A DNA stretch of 64,000 nt from Paraspadella gotoi. Its lineage: Eukaryota > Animalia > Chaetognatha. The position numbers were made by a program, and so were the translations under genes. Within the stretch, counting starts at the first letter, position 1, and each line of letters starts with the position of its first letter. The notes beneath the pieces are model-generated. The model searched no databases. It had not been told where the DNA came from and was given only the letters and a program-made list of their open reading frames with translations. The DNA lies in the NCBI GenBank assembly GCA_051294375.1, contig CM119265.1, positions 19,457,642 to 19,521,641 on the forward strand, written 5' to 3'. Positions 1 to 25,275 of this stretch are shown here, piece after piece.

Positions 1-779
1 TTTTTATATTGGTTGTACCAATTTCATAAAATTCAGCTCATTGTATTTTGATGCTAGTGCGGAGTACAATAAGTATTCCCCGATCTAATACTTAAGGGAG
101 TGGTCTTTTCATACAATTGAAACATTCTTTGAAATATTTATACCACTTCATTGATAGGGAAGCCAGGCACTCTGGGAGTGAATAAACGAGACTGTGAGAG
201 AGTCTTGATTGAAAGCTTGCAGGGACCTGCTATGTCATTATCTTGTAAGAGTGATGGAGGCCTTAAACCACCAAAGCCTGTCCAAAGTCAGGGGCAAGAT
301 AGCTTATTTATTAAATGAATGGATAATTTTTATATTGGTTGTACCAATTTCATATAAAACATAATTGAATAGTGTCTTGTTCCGATGGTTTTATTTGTCT
401 TGTGTGAAACTCTTTTACTAATCGTCAGAAATTAGAGAGATAACCAAGAATTCTAACAATATGTACATTGACAATAGGACGAATGTTGGACACAAACTGG
501 ATCAAGGTGAGCCATCTCGCTGTTAATATCGCTCATCTAAATATAAAAACTCATCGCTGAACCTCCTGGATTGGGGAGTCTTTAGAACTGACCGATCGCC
601 GACTCGATTTTTTCCTTTTTGTTTACCGTTTTTTTTTTTTCCGGATCTGCTTATCGCAGATTCCGGCTCTATAATTCACAATCTATTTCACTTTTTTTAT
701 TTTTATATTAAATGTAATTAATCTGCATTAATTAATTATTAATAAATAAGTAATTAATTATTTGTAATTTTGTAATCGA

Positions 780-925
780 GATTGTTGTTTTGTGATTGAG
801 AGGCGAGACAAAGTGGAAAACGATTTTGACACAAATGTTAAGCGCTGATGAAGGCTCGAAAATTGTGAGCCGAAACATGTCTGCTTTGTTACAAATAAAA
901 TCGTTGTAAAGAATTAAAAAAACTT
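780..925 (+). mobile_element. Probable Penelope-like retroelement pseudo-LTR remnant in a CFAP251 intron (antisense)
   Basis: The hammerhead motif is followed ~14 nt later by AATAAA and an A-rich tract. No RT or GIY-YIG ORF is recognisable, and the boundaries are approximate. Confidence 0.4.
840..886 (+). ncRNA. Minimal type I hammerhead ribozyme motif of the Penelope-like element type
   Basis: Stem I AAGCG (840-844) / TGCTT (882-886); core CTGATGA (845-851); extra A; stem II GGCTC/GAGCC; GAAAC; palindromic stem III ACATGT; GTC cleavage triplet (879-881). Confidence 0.75.
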
Positions 926-1027
926 TGCGAGACACGAATCAATTAATTATCTGATCAGCTGCTTACCGATAATGATCGTAGGCAGATCCGGCATTGTTTG
1001 CTCAAACTTGGTTTTTCTCATCCTCAC

Positions 1028-13192
<12,165 letters not shown>

Positions 13193-13845
13193 CTGGTGGG
13201 AGAGATTGAGGAGGGGGGGGGAAATAGAGGGTAAGAACGATGATGTCATGAAATTGTCTTTATTTATGACTTTGGAAAAAGAGGAGATGCCGGAGACGGG
13301 GATGAAGAAGAAGAAGAAAAAGATAAGAGTTATCGGGGTTGATCGGATTTGAAGCGATGAGATGCGATGAAATTCATCGCGGGTCGTTGCAATTCTTTTA
13401 GCGCGTGTCACAAGCGAGGAGGTTAGTAGACTGGGTTGTCGAAATGATTTATGCTGATTTATTTATGTATCTGTTTTAAGAATTTGGTCTTGAACGGTTG
13501 TACCCGAATTAAAGAAGTTCATACTCCTTCTGACGATGGCAGAAAAGTTAAGTTAGTATTAGTAAAACGATTTACCAAGCTATAAAGAAAAGACCGAGAG
13601 TAAGAAAAAGAAAATAAAGGAAAGAAAAGAAAAGAAAGGAAAGAAAAGAAAAGAAAGGAAAGAAAAGGAGAGGAAAATGAGAAACGGAGGCTCGTCTCGT
13701 CGGTCGTGTGTTGAGCCGCGGATTCAACGGAATCATAAAACGAAGAAAGACGGATGTCGACGGTGGCAGGTCATAAGCCTCAGACTTTTATTTATATTTG
13801 CCGCGAGACGATCGTGATACTTTTTAATTAGGAGCTGGAGAGAGA

Positions 13846-14443
13846 GACAAAGAAACGATTCAAATCGCAAATGAATTTTGCCCAACAGATGGTGAATGCA
13901 TTCCCTTGCGGCGCTTCGGATCGAGAGGTCATGTAAAACTCCGATTCTCAATTGTTCATCGCATGTTTTCAATCATCCGGTCAGCAGGCGGCTGATATTT
14001 CGTTTATCTCTCTCCCGACCGTCTATTCGAAAAAACCCGTCAAAACCCCTTGTAACCACTATCGGCCGCCCCCCTCTCAATCGCCCTCATGTAATCGCCG
14101 TTCTCACATCGCTGCTCAATGCGTCTCGAATCGCCCTCTCAATCCCCTCTCGATCGCCCTCTCATCGCCCTCTCGATCGCCCTCTCAAACGAGATCGACG
14201 ACCTGAATTTCGCATAAAACGTTTTCTTCGTCGCCCCGGAATTACGATGAGAGAGAATCGCTTTCGTTTATTCGCTCCATTTTTGGAGTCTTTCCTTCTT
14301 TTCTTTTTTCTCGCCTCCTTTTTTCGCCTCCATTTTGTTATTTCGTTTCTTTCCTTCTTCTCGCTCAAGCGACGAAGAATTTCGAGGTCGATGACGAGCG
14401 ATCTATGCGTCTCAGTTCAAACGCGTCTTCGTCTCCTCTCTCT

Positions 14444-14476
<33 letters not shown>

Positions 14477-14759
14477 ATTCTCCTCTCTCTCTCTCTTCTC
14501 TCTCCCCTACAATTCACGACTTTCATTCCGTCCCTCTCACACCAGCTTCACAAAAACTGTTCACCTTTATTCGAGGATTTTTACTTTTGAAAAGAGTAAA
14601 GAAAAAAATTCATTCTGCGCAGACCGAGAAAATGGGAAAGGAGGCAGACGATAAAAGGATAAAAAAAAATACATACGAGTAATTTTAAAAAGAGAAAGCG
14701 AGAGAGAGAGGAGAGAGAGAGAGAGAGAGAGATGAGAGGGAGAGAGAGAGGTGAGAGTG

Positions 14760-14803
<44 letters not shown>

Positions 14804-15076
14804 AGAGAAGCGAGAGAGGAGAGAGAGAGTGAGAGCCCGACTCCGGGAATAAAGATTCGATGAGGAAAAAATCTAAAAAAAGGATTCAATTCACGACAAA
14901 AAAAGAGAGAGAGAAAAAGGAGAGGAGAGGATCGACCAACACCATAATTTCCCATTTTCCGTAACTTTTTTTTTTTACTCTTTTGTTTTTTTTTCTCTCT
15001 TCATATTTTTCATTTTTTTTCTTTTCTTTTCCCTTAATTAAGTAAAATGCCGGGAGCGTGAGGAATGGCAAAAGAC

Positions 15077-15156
<80 letters not shown>

Positions 15157-15238
15157 ATGGGGTGAGATAGCCGGGGGTTATAGGAAGAGCGGGAGGGAGA
15201 CCGCAATAATTCCATGAATAAAACCACGTAAGCTGGCA

Positions 15239-15306
<68 letters not shown>

Positions 15307-15316
15307 GCTCTCTCCC
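13846..15316 (-). other. Inverted redundant copy of ~15342-16530 (= ~54680-56075); probable gap-filling artefact
   Basis: Reverse complement of the sequence across the 15317-15341 gap, with scattered 1-nt indels. The copy at 54600-56100 shows this segment only once and in forward orientation. Confidence 0.75.
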
Positions 15317-15535
15317 NNNNNNNNNNNNNNNNNNNNNNNNNAAAAAAAAACAAAAGAGTAAAATAAAAAAAGTTACGGAAAATGGGAAATTATGGTGTTG
15401 GTCGATCCTCTCTCTCCTTTTCTCTCTCTCTTTTTTTGTCGTGATTGAATCCTTTTTTTAGATTTTTTCCTCATCGAATCTTTATTCCCGGAGTCGGGCT
15501 CTCACTCTCTCTCTCTCTCTCTCTTCTTCACTCTC

Positions 15536-15569
<34 letters not shown>

Positions 15570-15873
15570 TTCTCTTTTTAAAATTCTCGTATGTATTTTT
15601 TTTATCCTTTTATCGTCTGCCTCCTTTCCATTTTCTCGGTCCTGGCCCAGAATGAATTTTTTTTCTTTACTCTTTTCAAAAGTAAAAATCCTCGAATAAA
15701 GGTGAACAGTTTTTGTGAACTGGTGTGAGAGGGACGGAATGAAAGTCGTGAAATTGTAGGGGAGAGAGAGAGAGAAAAGAAAAATTCCTCGAATAAGGTG
15801 GAACAGTTTTTGTAACTGGTGTGGAGAGGACGGGAAGGAAGTCGGTGGGAATTGGGTAGGGGGAAGGGAGAGG

Positions 15874-15946
<73 letters not shown>

Positions 15947-16219
15947 AGAGAGAGANNNNNNNNNNNNNNNNNNNNNNNNNGAGAGACGAAGCGTTTGAAC
16001 CTGAGACGCATAAATCGCCGTCATCGACCCTCGAATATCTTCGTCGCCCTTGAGCGAGAAAAGGAAAGACGAAAAAAAAATGGAGGCGAAAAAAGGAGGC
16101 GAGAAAAAAAGAAAAGAAGGAAAGACTCCAAAAATGGAGCGATAAACGAAGCGATTCTCTTCATCGTAATTCGGGCGACGAGAAAACGTTTTAGCGAAAT
16201 TCAGGGTCGTCGATCCTCG

Positions 16220-16339
16220 ATTGAGAGGGCGATCGAGAGGGCGATCGAGAGGGCGATCGAGAGGGCGATTGAGAGGGCGATCGAGAGGGCGATTGAGAGG
16301 GCGATTGAGAAGGCGATTAAGAGGGCGATTGAGAGGGCG
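16220..16339 (+). repeat. 12-bp tandem repeat (ATYGAGAGGGCG) x10
   Basis: Ten visible units, read as IERA repeats in the ORF track. Degraded copies at ~14070-14190 (inverted) and ~55750-55870. Confidence 0.9.
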
Positions 16340-16556
16340 ATGTGAGTGACGGTCGATAGAGGTCGGGAAGAGATAACAATATCACCGCTGATGACTGGAT
16401 GATTGAAACAGCGATGAACAATTGAGAAATCGGAAGTTTACAGTGACTCTCGATCCTGAGCGCCGCAAGGGAATGCAATATCACCAATCTGTTGGGCAAA
16501 AAATTCATTTGCGATTTGAATCGTTTCTTTGACCTTTTAGCTATTCATCGTCCAGT

Positions 16557-16684
<128 letters not shown>

Positions 16685-17221
16685 TGGATTCAGAGTTTAA
16701 CCCTTTTTAAGTGGAGTAATAAAAAAGCCCTCATTTTTAATTTTGCGCCCAAGGTTTTTCTCACTTTTTCAATTCCCCAGGGGGCGGGGTTGTCGTTCAG
16801 GGTTGGCACCAGGGGGCATTGGGTAACTAATATTGACTCCGACTCGCGAAGGTCCCTTATAAGCGGATCCTTACATTCCCCTTCCAGCGGAATAACCTCG
16901 CCAAAGTTTGCGTTTTTCGGCGGTCATCCCTGAGCGATGTTACTGAACATTAATTAATGTTCCGTTAGTATAACACTCGACCACGACCTTATATCATTGA
17001 CTGAAACAAAAAACCCGACTTTGAACCACAATATAGGCCCCCTACTTAGTCAAAGCTACCATCTAATCCAGCTTTGTCCCTTCCCGCCTCAACTAGTAGC
17101 TCCGCACCCCACACCACCTCCCCCCCCCCTTTTCCCCTTCGGCGGGCGAAGTAACGAAGGATCCTTTATGGGCGAAGCGATTCTCCACCGAAGGCGGAAG
17201 CATTAATATTTTTTATGGGCG

Positions 17222-17257
<36 letters not shown>

Positions 17258-17762
17258 GATGACGAAGAAGACCACCGATACAAGGACCAGTATGACGATA
17301 ACGATGACGATAATGACGTAGACAAGGTCGACGATGGGATATCGCTGACAGTTTTCGATGACAATCGATTTCGACGATGATTTTGACGATGACGCTGAAG
17401 ATGCCCAGGAAGCAATAATCTTGTGGACTGCATGGGCTGGCGATTAGGTTGGGTGGGATTGATGGATTGGAATGAAATGGATCAAATTTAGGTTTTATTT
17501 TAGTTAATTTAATTTAATAGATTATTTGCCACAAGTGAATTTTCATATATGATACAGATTCAACATGAGAGAATGAATAAATTGAAATGAATGAATGAAA
17601 GAAAGAAAGAAAGAAAGAAAGAAAGGAAGACAAAAGAACAAATAAGAAAGAAAGTAAACAGAAAAGCATACAAAGACAAAAAGAAACAAAGACAAAAAAA
17701 AAACACTAACAGTAGCACTGTGACCTTTCCCGGTCCAGTTGCGTCTTCGACGAAGAACTTAC

Positions 17763-19923
17763 AAACGAACCGGAAGCGGCGGTCGCGCTCGGGTCAGGCT
17801 GCAGGAACAACACCGCTGGACCTCACTGCGGGGAATGAAGGTTGGGTGGCCCAATCTGAGGGAGAGATCAAAAAAAAAAAAAAAATTCTAAAACCCTTTT
17901 TTCTAGAAACTAATCGAGTCTTAATTAAACCATTTTGCCACAAAATAGTTACAGAACAGTTCCATTACCGAACTCGGTTTTTAACCCGTAATTACAATAA
18001 ATTCATTTCTTTTTTTTTCGGGGCCCAGCCTGGATTGTAGACGGCCCGGCACAGATTGCATGGAGGAAGAGTTCGTCAAAGCAAAAAATAAAAGGAGTGG
18101 GAAAATAATTAATGTTTATTGAAAGAGAAAAAAATGCATGTTCAAGGCCGTTGTATTTTTTTAAACTGTAATCTTTTCATTTTATGTCGAAAAATCTTAC
18201 TTGTTACATGACCTTAGATCATAATTTTTTTTAGTTAAGTCTTGGCAGATCTCTACTTCTGGGACCGCTCATATGATTCTCGCTAAATTCTGGAACATAG
18301 TTTGCTTCCTTGCCTTCCGGTGTTTAACTTGTTTTATATTTATCTTTGTGAAACTTATTACCAACTGAGTTATTTGCATAAATTTGTATTCTGGTCAAAT
18401 ATATGATTTATCTTGACAGATTTTGAATTCCATGGAGCTAACTATGGACAGCTGGCTTTTTAGAAGTTTATAAGCAAACTAGTTAGCCTCATTTACTTTA
18501 AAAATGATTTAAAAGATGCTTTTTTAAAATTTAATATAACAATCGAAATAGACGTAATAAAGTTGTCAAAAAGGAGATTAATTTTTCCCCTGTAGTTTAT
18601 ATCAACTCTACACTTTTTATTCATTCAAATTCTATATTTAGGTTACTTGTAATAAAAACATCATTCTCGATTTTTTTTTGCAAGACCCCAAACAATGAGC
18701 CATAATTTCCGAATAAGATTTTTCAAAAACTCGACGCTCCTTAATTTTCCGGCCCCTTTTCGATCGCACAATCTCACAACTTTATGTCCTCCATATTCGG
18801 AGATTCTGGAATCGCGTTCCACTCCCCACCTTAACAGATCAACATTGGTCGGAAATTTACCACAACTTGGAAGATCTTCTCGAAGAATTATTTTAAAAGA
18901 AGAAAATTAAAAATGAAGTTGAAAAAGATAAAAAGCTCGACTTCTTTGGTGATGTGAACAGACGACATTGCCCCCCCTCCCGGTTTGACGGCGTCAAGAA
19001 TGAAGTCCCAACCATCGATGTGAATGTGTCCATCTGCGAAAACCGCCGACCATCGGTTGCAACGTCGCTAGGACTCCTGGAAAAAAAAAAAAGAATCACA
19101 AAGTATTATGGCTTACAGCCGCGTTGCCTGTGATGACCCATTGGTGAAGGGGCATTCACTTTGGCTTTGGAGGCTTTCCGACCGCCTCCTGTCACTGGCG
19201 CGGTTACAAGGACAGGTCTCGCTTTGCCAACGCCAGAGGGAAGTCGTCAGAACTGTGGATTGGAGCACTACGCCCGGGGACCGGTGTGGTCCCGCCTCTG
19301 AGGCCAATGGATTGCATAACGACGGAGGAGGATGTGAGGCGGTTTGAATATACCGCACGTATCAAAGGTTAATGTTAATTAAGTTAAAGTTTTAAAAACC
19401 CCAACACCTTCTCGAACGGCAACTCCCCGCCTTTCCGTGAAACCCGAGGAAGAGTTAGTTCTAAATTTCTTCTCCCGCGCGACGCTCATCTTCCGGAGAC
19501 GCGCGACGGCGATCGACTGTGATGAGGGCGTCGAGGGCCGGCGCGCGCAGGCATTTGACCACTGCATCCTGGTTCCTGAAGCGGGCGGTGAATGTAAGGG
19601 CAGAGTTGGAAGAAGTGGGGAAGGGAGAAGAAGAACGATGAAAAAGATAGAGAGGAAAAGCGAAAACAGTTTAAATAAAACGAGGAAAGGAAAGAAAGAA
19701 AGAAAGAAAGAAAAGAAAGAACAAAAGAAATAAAAGACAAGAAAGAAAAGAAAGGATAAAAGAAAGAAAGATTAAAAGAAAGAAAAGAAAAGAAAGAAAT
19801 AAATAAATAAATAAATAAATAAAATAAATAAATAAATAAATAATAAATAAATTAAATAAATTAATAAAATTAAATTAAATAAATAAATAAATAAATAACA
19901 TAAATAAATAAATAAATAAAAAA

Positions 19924-19954
<31 letters not shown>

Positions 19955-21289
19955 CAATAAATAAATTAATTAATTAATTAATAATAATTAAAATAATAAA
20001 GAAAGACGGAGCAAATAAATTAACAATTCACATACACGCGGCGATAATCGACAATCCTCTCCCCGGCTTTTTTGGTTTGACCGTCTCCATTGACGACCCG
20101 CGCGGCGTGCGCGGCCGCCAAGTTACCCCGACGCCCGTACCGTTGACGTCTTCGTCGTAATGCGTCGCCCAACTTTTATGTAGAGAGTGTGGACTTCGTC
20201 TTCGGTTTTTCGCCCAGATCAGCATTCGTTGGAAGATGGCGGGACATGGCGTTGCGCGCTTGAGGATAGAGTGTTCATGGAGGCGTGGTCCCGAATTTAA
20301 AAAGCAGTAAGGAGAGTCTGAGAGAGAGAGATTAGTTGAGATTAACGGTTTTATTAAAACCAGTTTACGTTAAAACGATCGAGTTTCTTGACTTTGAAAT
20401 TTCCGTGAATTTTCATCTCGACATATTATCGATAAATCGTAATATGAAAAAGAAGTCAAATCACTATTCAAAAATTGAGATAGAAAAATTCCACGATTTC
20501 CTGTGCACTGAAAATTCTGAAAAGACGCCGTTTCGTCTCTTTTTTCTTTGACCCTATATATAACGAAAAGAAGCTAAGACGATCACGGTGGCAAAAGTTC
20601 AACAAAACAGTTTAAATAATCCGTCAACGATTTATGATTTTAGGTAGTTTTCAGAAAAAAGAAAGAAGAAACTAATACTCGAAAGTTTGAAACAAATTTT
20701 AACACATGAGCTTAAGTAGAATGTTCACCTTGTTTGTTCATATGGTTTAAATCGAGTTTGTTTTTTGTTTGCGCCGCGAGTAACTCGGCGGAGAACTCTA
20801 TAAGTCACTTTTTGGTCGGTTTCCGGTCGGTCCGAGTCCCACTTAAGGTTTAATTTGTAAATTAAAAATGCATATAGTTGGACTTACTATTTTTGTTAAG
20901 ACAGAAAAAAAAATCTAAGGGACTGCTCAGCGCCGGCCTTAAATTGAACTTCCTAAAACTATAAGGAATAAAAGACAGAATTTTGATGCATGTGCAGGTC
21001 ATTAAATATATGGCAAAGAAATTTTGTTAGTGCATGTCATATCATGTCATGTAATCATGTGAATGAAAAGGGAAAATAACTGCGGGCGCAAAACACATTG
21101 GAATTTACCGTTCTTGTTCAGGCATTTATCACATAACTGTCTGGTTATATTGTCTCGAGACATAAATAAAGAGAAGCGAAGCAGCAAATACTCTTGTTAC
21201 GACTGGACAGGTCAAATTTATTTTTTTCTTTTCGCCTCTCTCCCCCATTCTTAGCATTTTTATGTCACTTTATATATTCTCTTTCTCTC

Positions 21290-21369
<80 letters not shown>

Positions 21370-22583
21370 CCTCCCTCTCCGAACCAGGGAGTCCAGAATG
21401 AACTCGTTTGGCCCAGAGAGGTCGGGGGTCCAGTCGTAGGCGGCCCCCGTCGGCCTCAAGCCCGAGAAGCTCAAATCAAATCAATTTTGATTTCGTTTAA
21501 TGTCGCTTTTTATGCTCCATACATTTTTCTCAAAATATTTTTATTGCAGGCTCCGGCTTTCGTCTGAACTCTACGGTCTACCTTATCCCTCGTCGACGAC
21601 AACGTGTAGTAAAATTAAAATTTAGAATTTGCCCAAATCGAAAAAAAAATGCAAATAAAGCAACACTTATTCACTAAAAAAAAAAACATATTTTTTTTCT
21701 TATTTTTGCCTAAATAATAACTGTTATAAACTTAATGAGATTGTTTTCTATGATGATGTAGACAAGTATTAAAATTATTGAAAAACTAATTGTGTTTATT
21801 TATTTTTCGAACATTTTTTAAAGTTTTATCTTAATTAGGCCTTTGTACTATTTTCCCCTAATTCTCCACTTTCGACCGTATTACTTTCCCAGCTTGCCCT
21901 CTTTTTCCTACCAACATCCCTTTTCCCCCTTCACCGACGGGTCCGCATTTTCCATCTCCCCATGATCCTTCCCATTTCCCCCACCCCAACCCCAACCCCA
22001 ACCGCCAACCCCCACACGTCCCTAAAACCCATCCTCTCACCAATATTTCTCCCCTTTTACCCATTTTGTCCTCCCCTCGTTCCTTCAAATCCCTTCCCAT
22101 TCTTTCTCGGTACAACTCGTAAATTCAGCCTTTTTTTTTCCTTTTTTCTTTTTTTTTTTTTTTCGAAAATTTTTTCGATCGGCCGAACACCAAAATGGCG
22201 GACGCGGCGTGGTGGGGGAAAGTGAAAAAAAGAAAAGAAGAAAAAGGTAGGCAGGAAACGGACCGAGAGAAAAGGAAGGATTGGTTGGCGCGATGAGGAG
22301 AGATGGAGGACCGCGAGTGGCGAAAACTTAAAAACGACGAGAGAAAACGGAGGAAAGAAAAAATGGGAGGAAAATGAAATATAAAAGGAAAAAAAAAAAA
22401 GATTTATCGGTTTCTGCTTGAAGGTTTATGTCCGTCTCGGCCTAAACAAGCTATCACGTATGCAAAGTAGTTCGACCTCGGCGTTGACGCCTCTGGGGAC
22501 CACTTCCGGTTGGCTGCTACCGCCACGTCTCTCTCTTATCTCGTTTCTCAAACTTTCTTCAGTCCCGGGCCCTTCCCTTTCTC

Positions 22584-22614
<31 letters not shown>

Positions 22615-25226
22615 CTCCTCTCTCTATCAATTAATTAATTAATTAATTAATTAATTAATTAATTAATTAATTAATTAATAATTAATTAATTAATTAAATA
22701 AATAATTAATAAAAAATTTAAACGTAGAATTGCGAGCGTCCGACCTCCGCGTGGGAATTTAAACGTGACCATGCGTGCCGCCGCCTTGCGCCACGCCCAC
22801 GATTTCGCCTCGATTCGCGGGTTCGCGGGAAACCGCTCGGGTTGACGCACTGGCGTCGAATTTCGCGCCATCGACGACCCGAGTGACCCTCACCCACCCC
22901 TCTCCCCCGGATTCCGAACTGGGTGATGTAAGGTAAGGGCGAAAGGTAGGCGTGGCAAAGGTGCAGTAGAAAACCGGGTATTCTAGCTCCGAATTCCGAT
23001 CGTTCGCTTCACGAGTTGTCGCGGAACTATAAAATTTCCGTTTTCTTCCCACCCGACTTCGGACCGAGTCCATTATCGTTCCCGCCGAGGCGCGGCCGAG
23101 CTTGGCTTTATACCCTGGTCGCAACTTTGTCCGCTTCCCTCGGCCCCAAACAAATAAGAATTAAAAAGAATTAAAAATGGTTTTAAAATTCGCTTTAAAA
23201 TTTCTTTGAGACTGAACGAATATTAAACTAAGGGGATAGAGGAGGAGAGGAGGAGAGGAGAGGAGAGAAGGGTTGAGAAAAAATAAAAGAATGTGTGCAG
23301 TTGAGAAAAGGCGAAGGACCGGAAGAAGCCGGATGAGTGAACCGAAGGAAAATCGGGTGTAACGGAGTGAAAGGTGTGAATCTTAGAGAACAAGAGGAAT
23401 TCAAAACAAAAAACAAAGGAAGGGCGTGAGAAAGTTTTAAAAAGTGAGGGACCGAAATTCAGGGGCTAAAAAAGATTTTATATTTTGATGTTGCATGGAA
23501 AACATTTTTCTGTTATTTCTCAGAAAAAATTTTTTAAAAATTCTAAGTTCCGTTCTTTTTGTCCGTACAAAATATTCCAAATATCGACAGATTTATTTTA
23601 AAATATATGTCATAAACGATTTAAGCTTAATTTTGACCTGAAAGCATTAAAAGTTGGTTTATCTATTTTTGTACGTTCATCGTTCTTTCGTTTTACAGCG
23701 GGATGGGTGAATTAGGGAGGTGCCGGGGGGGGCGGGGTGAGGGCCGTCACAATTCACGCTCCCCGTTCTAGATTCGCTCGGCACGATATGGGGAAACCAA
23801 AACTCCGTAACTAAAAAGAATCTTCGGTCAGTCAATCACAGAGACGCGAGACGCCGAGGACCTCCCCCCCTCGAACAACAGGAGCAATCGCTTCAGGAAA
23901 AAATAATATTACGAACTTTTTTTTGAAGGAGAGTCCTTTTGCGAGGCGCGGGACTAAGAATGTATACAATATGTTGGGGAGTGAAGAGGGACGAAGCAAA
24001 TTGTGATATTTTTGATAATATCGCATTAATCTAGAAAATAAGAGTGGTTCGTTTCGTTGATGGTGTTTAGAGTTCGCAGAAGGTTGGGGAACGCAGTGGG
24101 TGGGAGAGAAATGAGAGAGGCGGATAAGGCCAGAGGGAGAGCGAGGAGGGAAAGATGAGAGAGGGGGGAGTGAGGTTTTGAGGCGACAGCAGCGATGCGA
24201 GAGGGGATTGAGCCAAAGAGGGTGGAGCGGGAGGCGAGACCGTGCTTTTTTTATTTTTTCCGAGATTTATAGGGAAGTCTCCCGTAAAGCGGACGTTGCA
24301 GAAGCGATTCGGCTTTGACGATTTGGCTATTCACGACGACACGACGATTGACGACGACGACGACGACTGACGCATCTATATATGTACAGCTAGTTCCCGC
24401 TTACTTTTTTGTAATTTTTTGTTTCGAACGTACTCAAATCTACTATTCTTTCGGCAAAGTTCCTCAAACACGAAAACGGAATCGTGCCACTGGTTTTACC
24501 AAAAACTACATAAATGTGACATCGAACACTTCATTTCTATCATGAAAATTCTTGCCTACAACCAATATTAAAAGGCTAATTGTATGGAGACGGTGATAAT
24601 GGGACTACTGGCATTGTAGTTGTCCTCTATATGGTTAAAAAATTCATAAGTGAGAGAGAGGGAAGGGAGTTTCTGTCATAAAGTTATGGAGTCCAATAGA
24701 AAGAAAGAAATGCAAACGAAAGAAGAGAAAGAAAGAAAGAAAGAAGAAAGAAAGAAAGAAGGGAAAGAATAAGAAAAGAAAGACAGAAAGACTAATAACA
24801 CACACAAACAAACGCTCTAACAGAGTGCCAACAAGACCACACGCAACTGACAAGGGAAAAGGGAAAAGAAACGACAATCCACAGTGGACATCGCACAGCA
24901 GAAAAAATACTACATAACACAAAGAGAGGATAAAAGCAAGCGGAAAGAAAAGAAAAAAGAGATTATTGACAAAGGTTCCAAAAATAAAACTTATGGGAAA
25001 ATCCGGCTAAAAGACAAGAGGCATTGCCTTTCGAGGGAAATAATGAAATAATAAATTATTTGCGCAAAAAAACGAGAGATAAACGAATGAAAGAGAAAAA
25101 AAAGTGGAAAGGGAAAGAAAAAGAGTAAAATATGGAAAGGAATAAAAGGAAGAAAGGAATTAAAGAGAGTACAGAAAAAGAAAAAGAAAGAAACATAAGA
25201 AAGAAAGAAGAAAGAAAGAACAAGAA

Positions 25227-25275
<49 letters not shown>

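Noticed and set aside
15995-16345. ORF with (IERA)n repeats as a coiled-coil protein
   Set aside because: It is the translation of a 12-bp minisatellite next to an assembly gap, with no splice signals or domain context.
13846-16530. Large natural palindrome or foldback element
   Set aside because: It is centred on a 25-N gap, and the copy at 54.6-56.1 kb shows the segment only once.
17763-20317. Spaetzle/neurotrophin-like cystine knot (KR-ATPCP ... CCSC)
   Set aside because: Cysteine number and spacing do not fit. The same exons match GT2 motifs in order, and the CCSC exon ends in a GTAAGT donor.
21380-21605. Possible small exons
   Set aside because: Strand and frame are ambiguous and no recognisable peptide results.
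22192-23130. Gene start (AAAATGGCGG YY1-like motif/ATG at 22195, ETS-like ACTTCCGG, TATA-like site at ~23110)
   Set aside because: These are short motifs in a CpG-rich patch with no linkable downstream exons, so support is insufficient.
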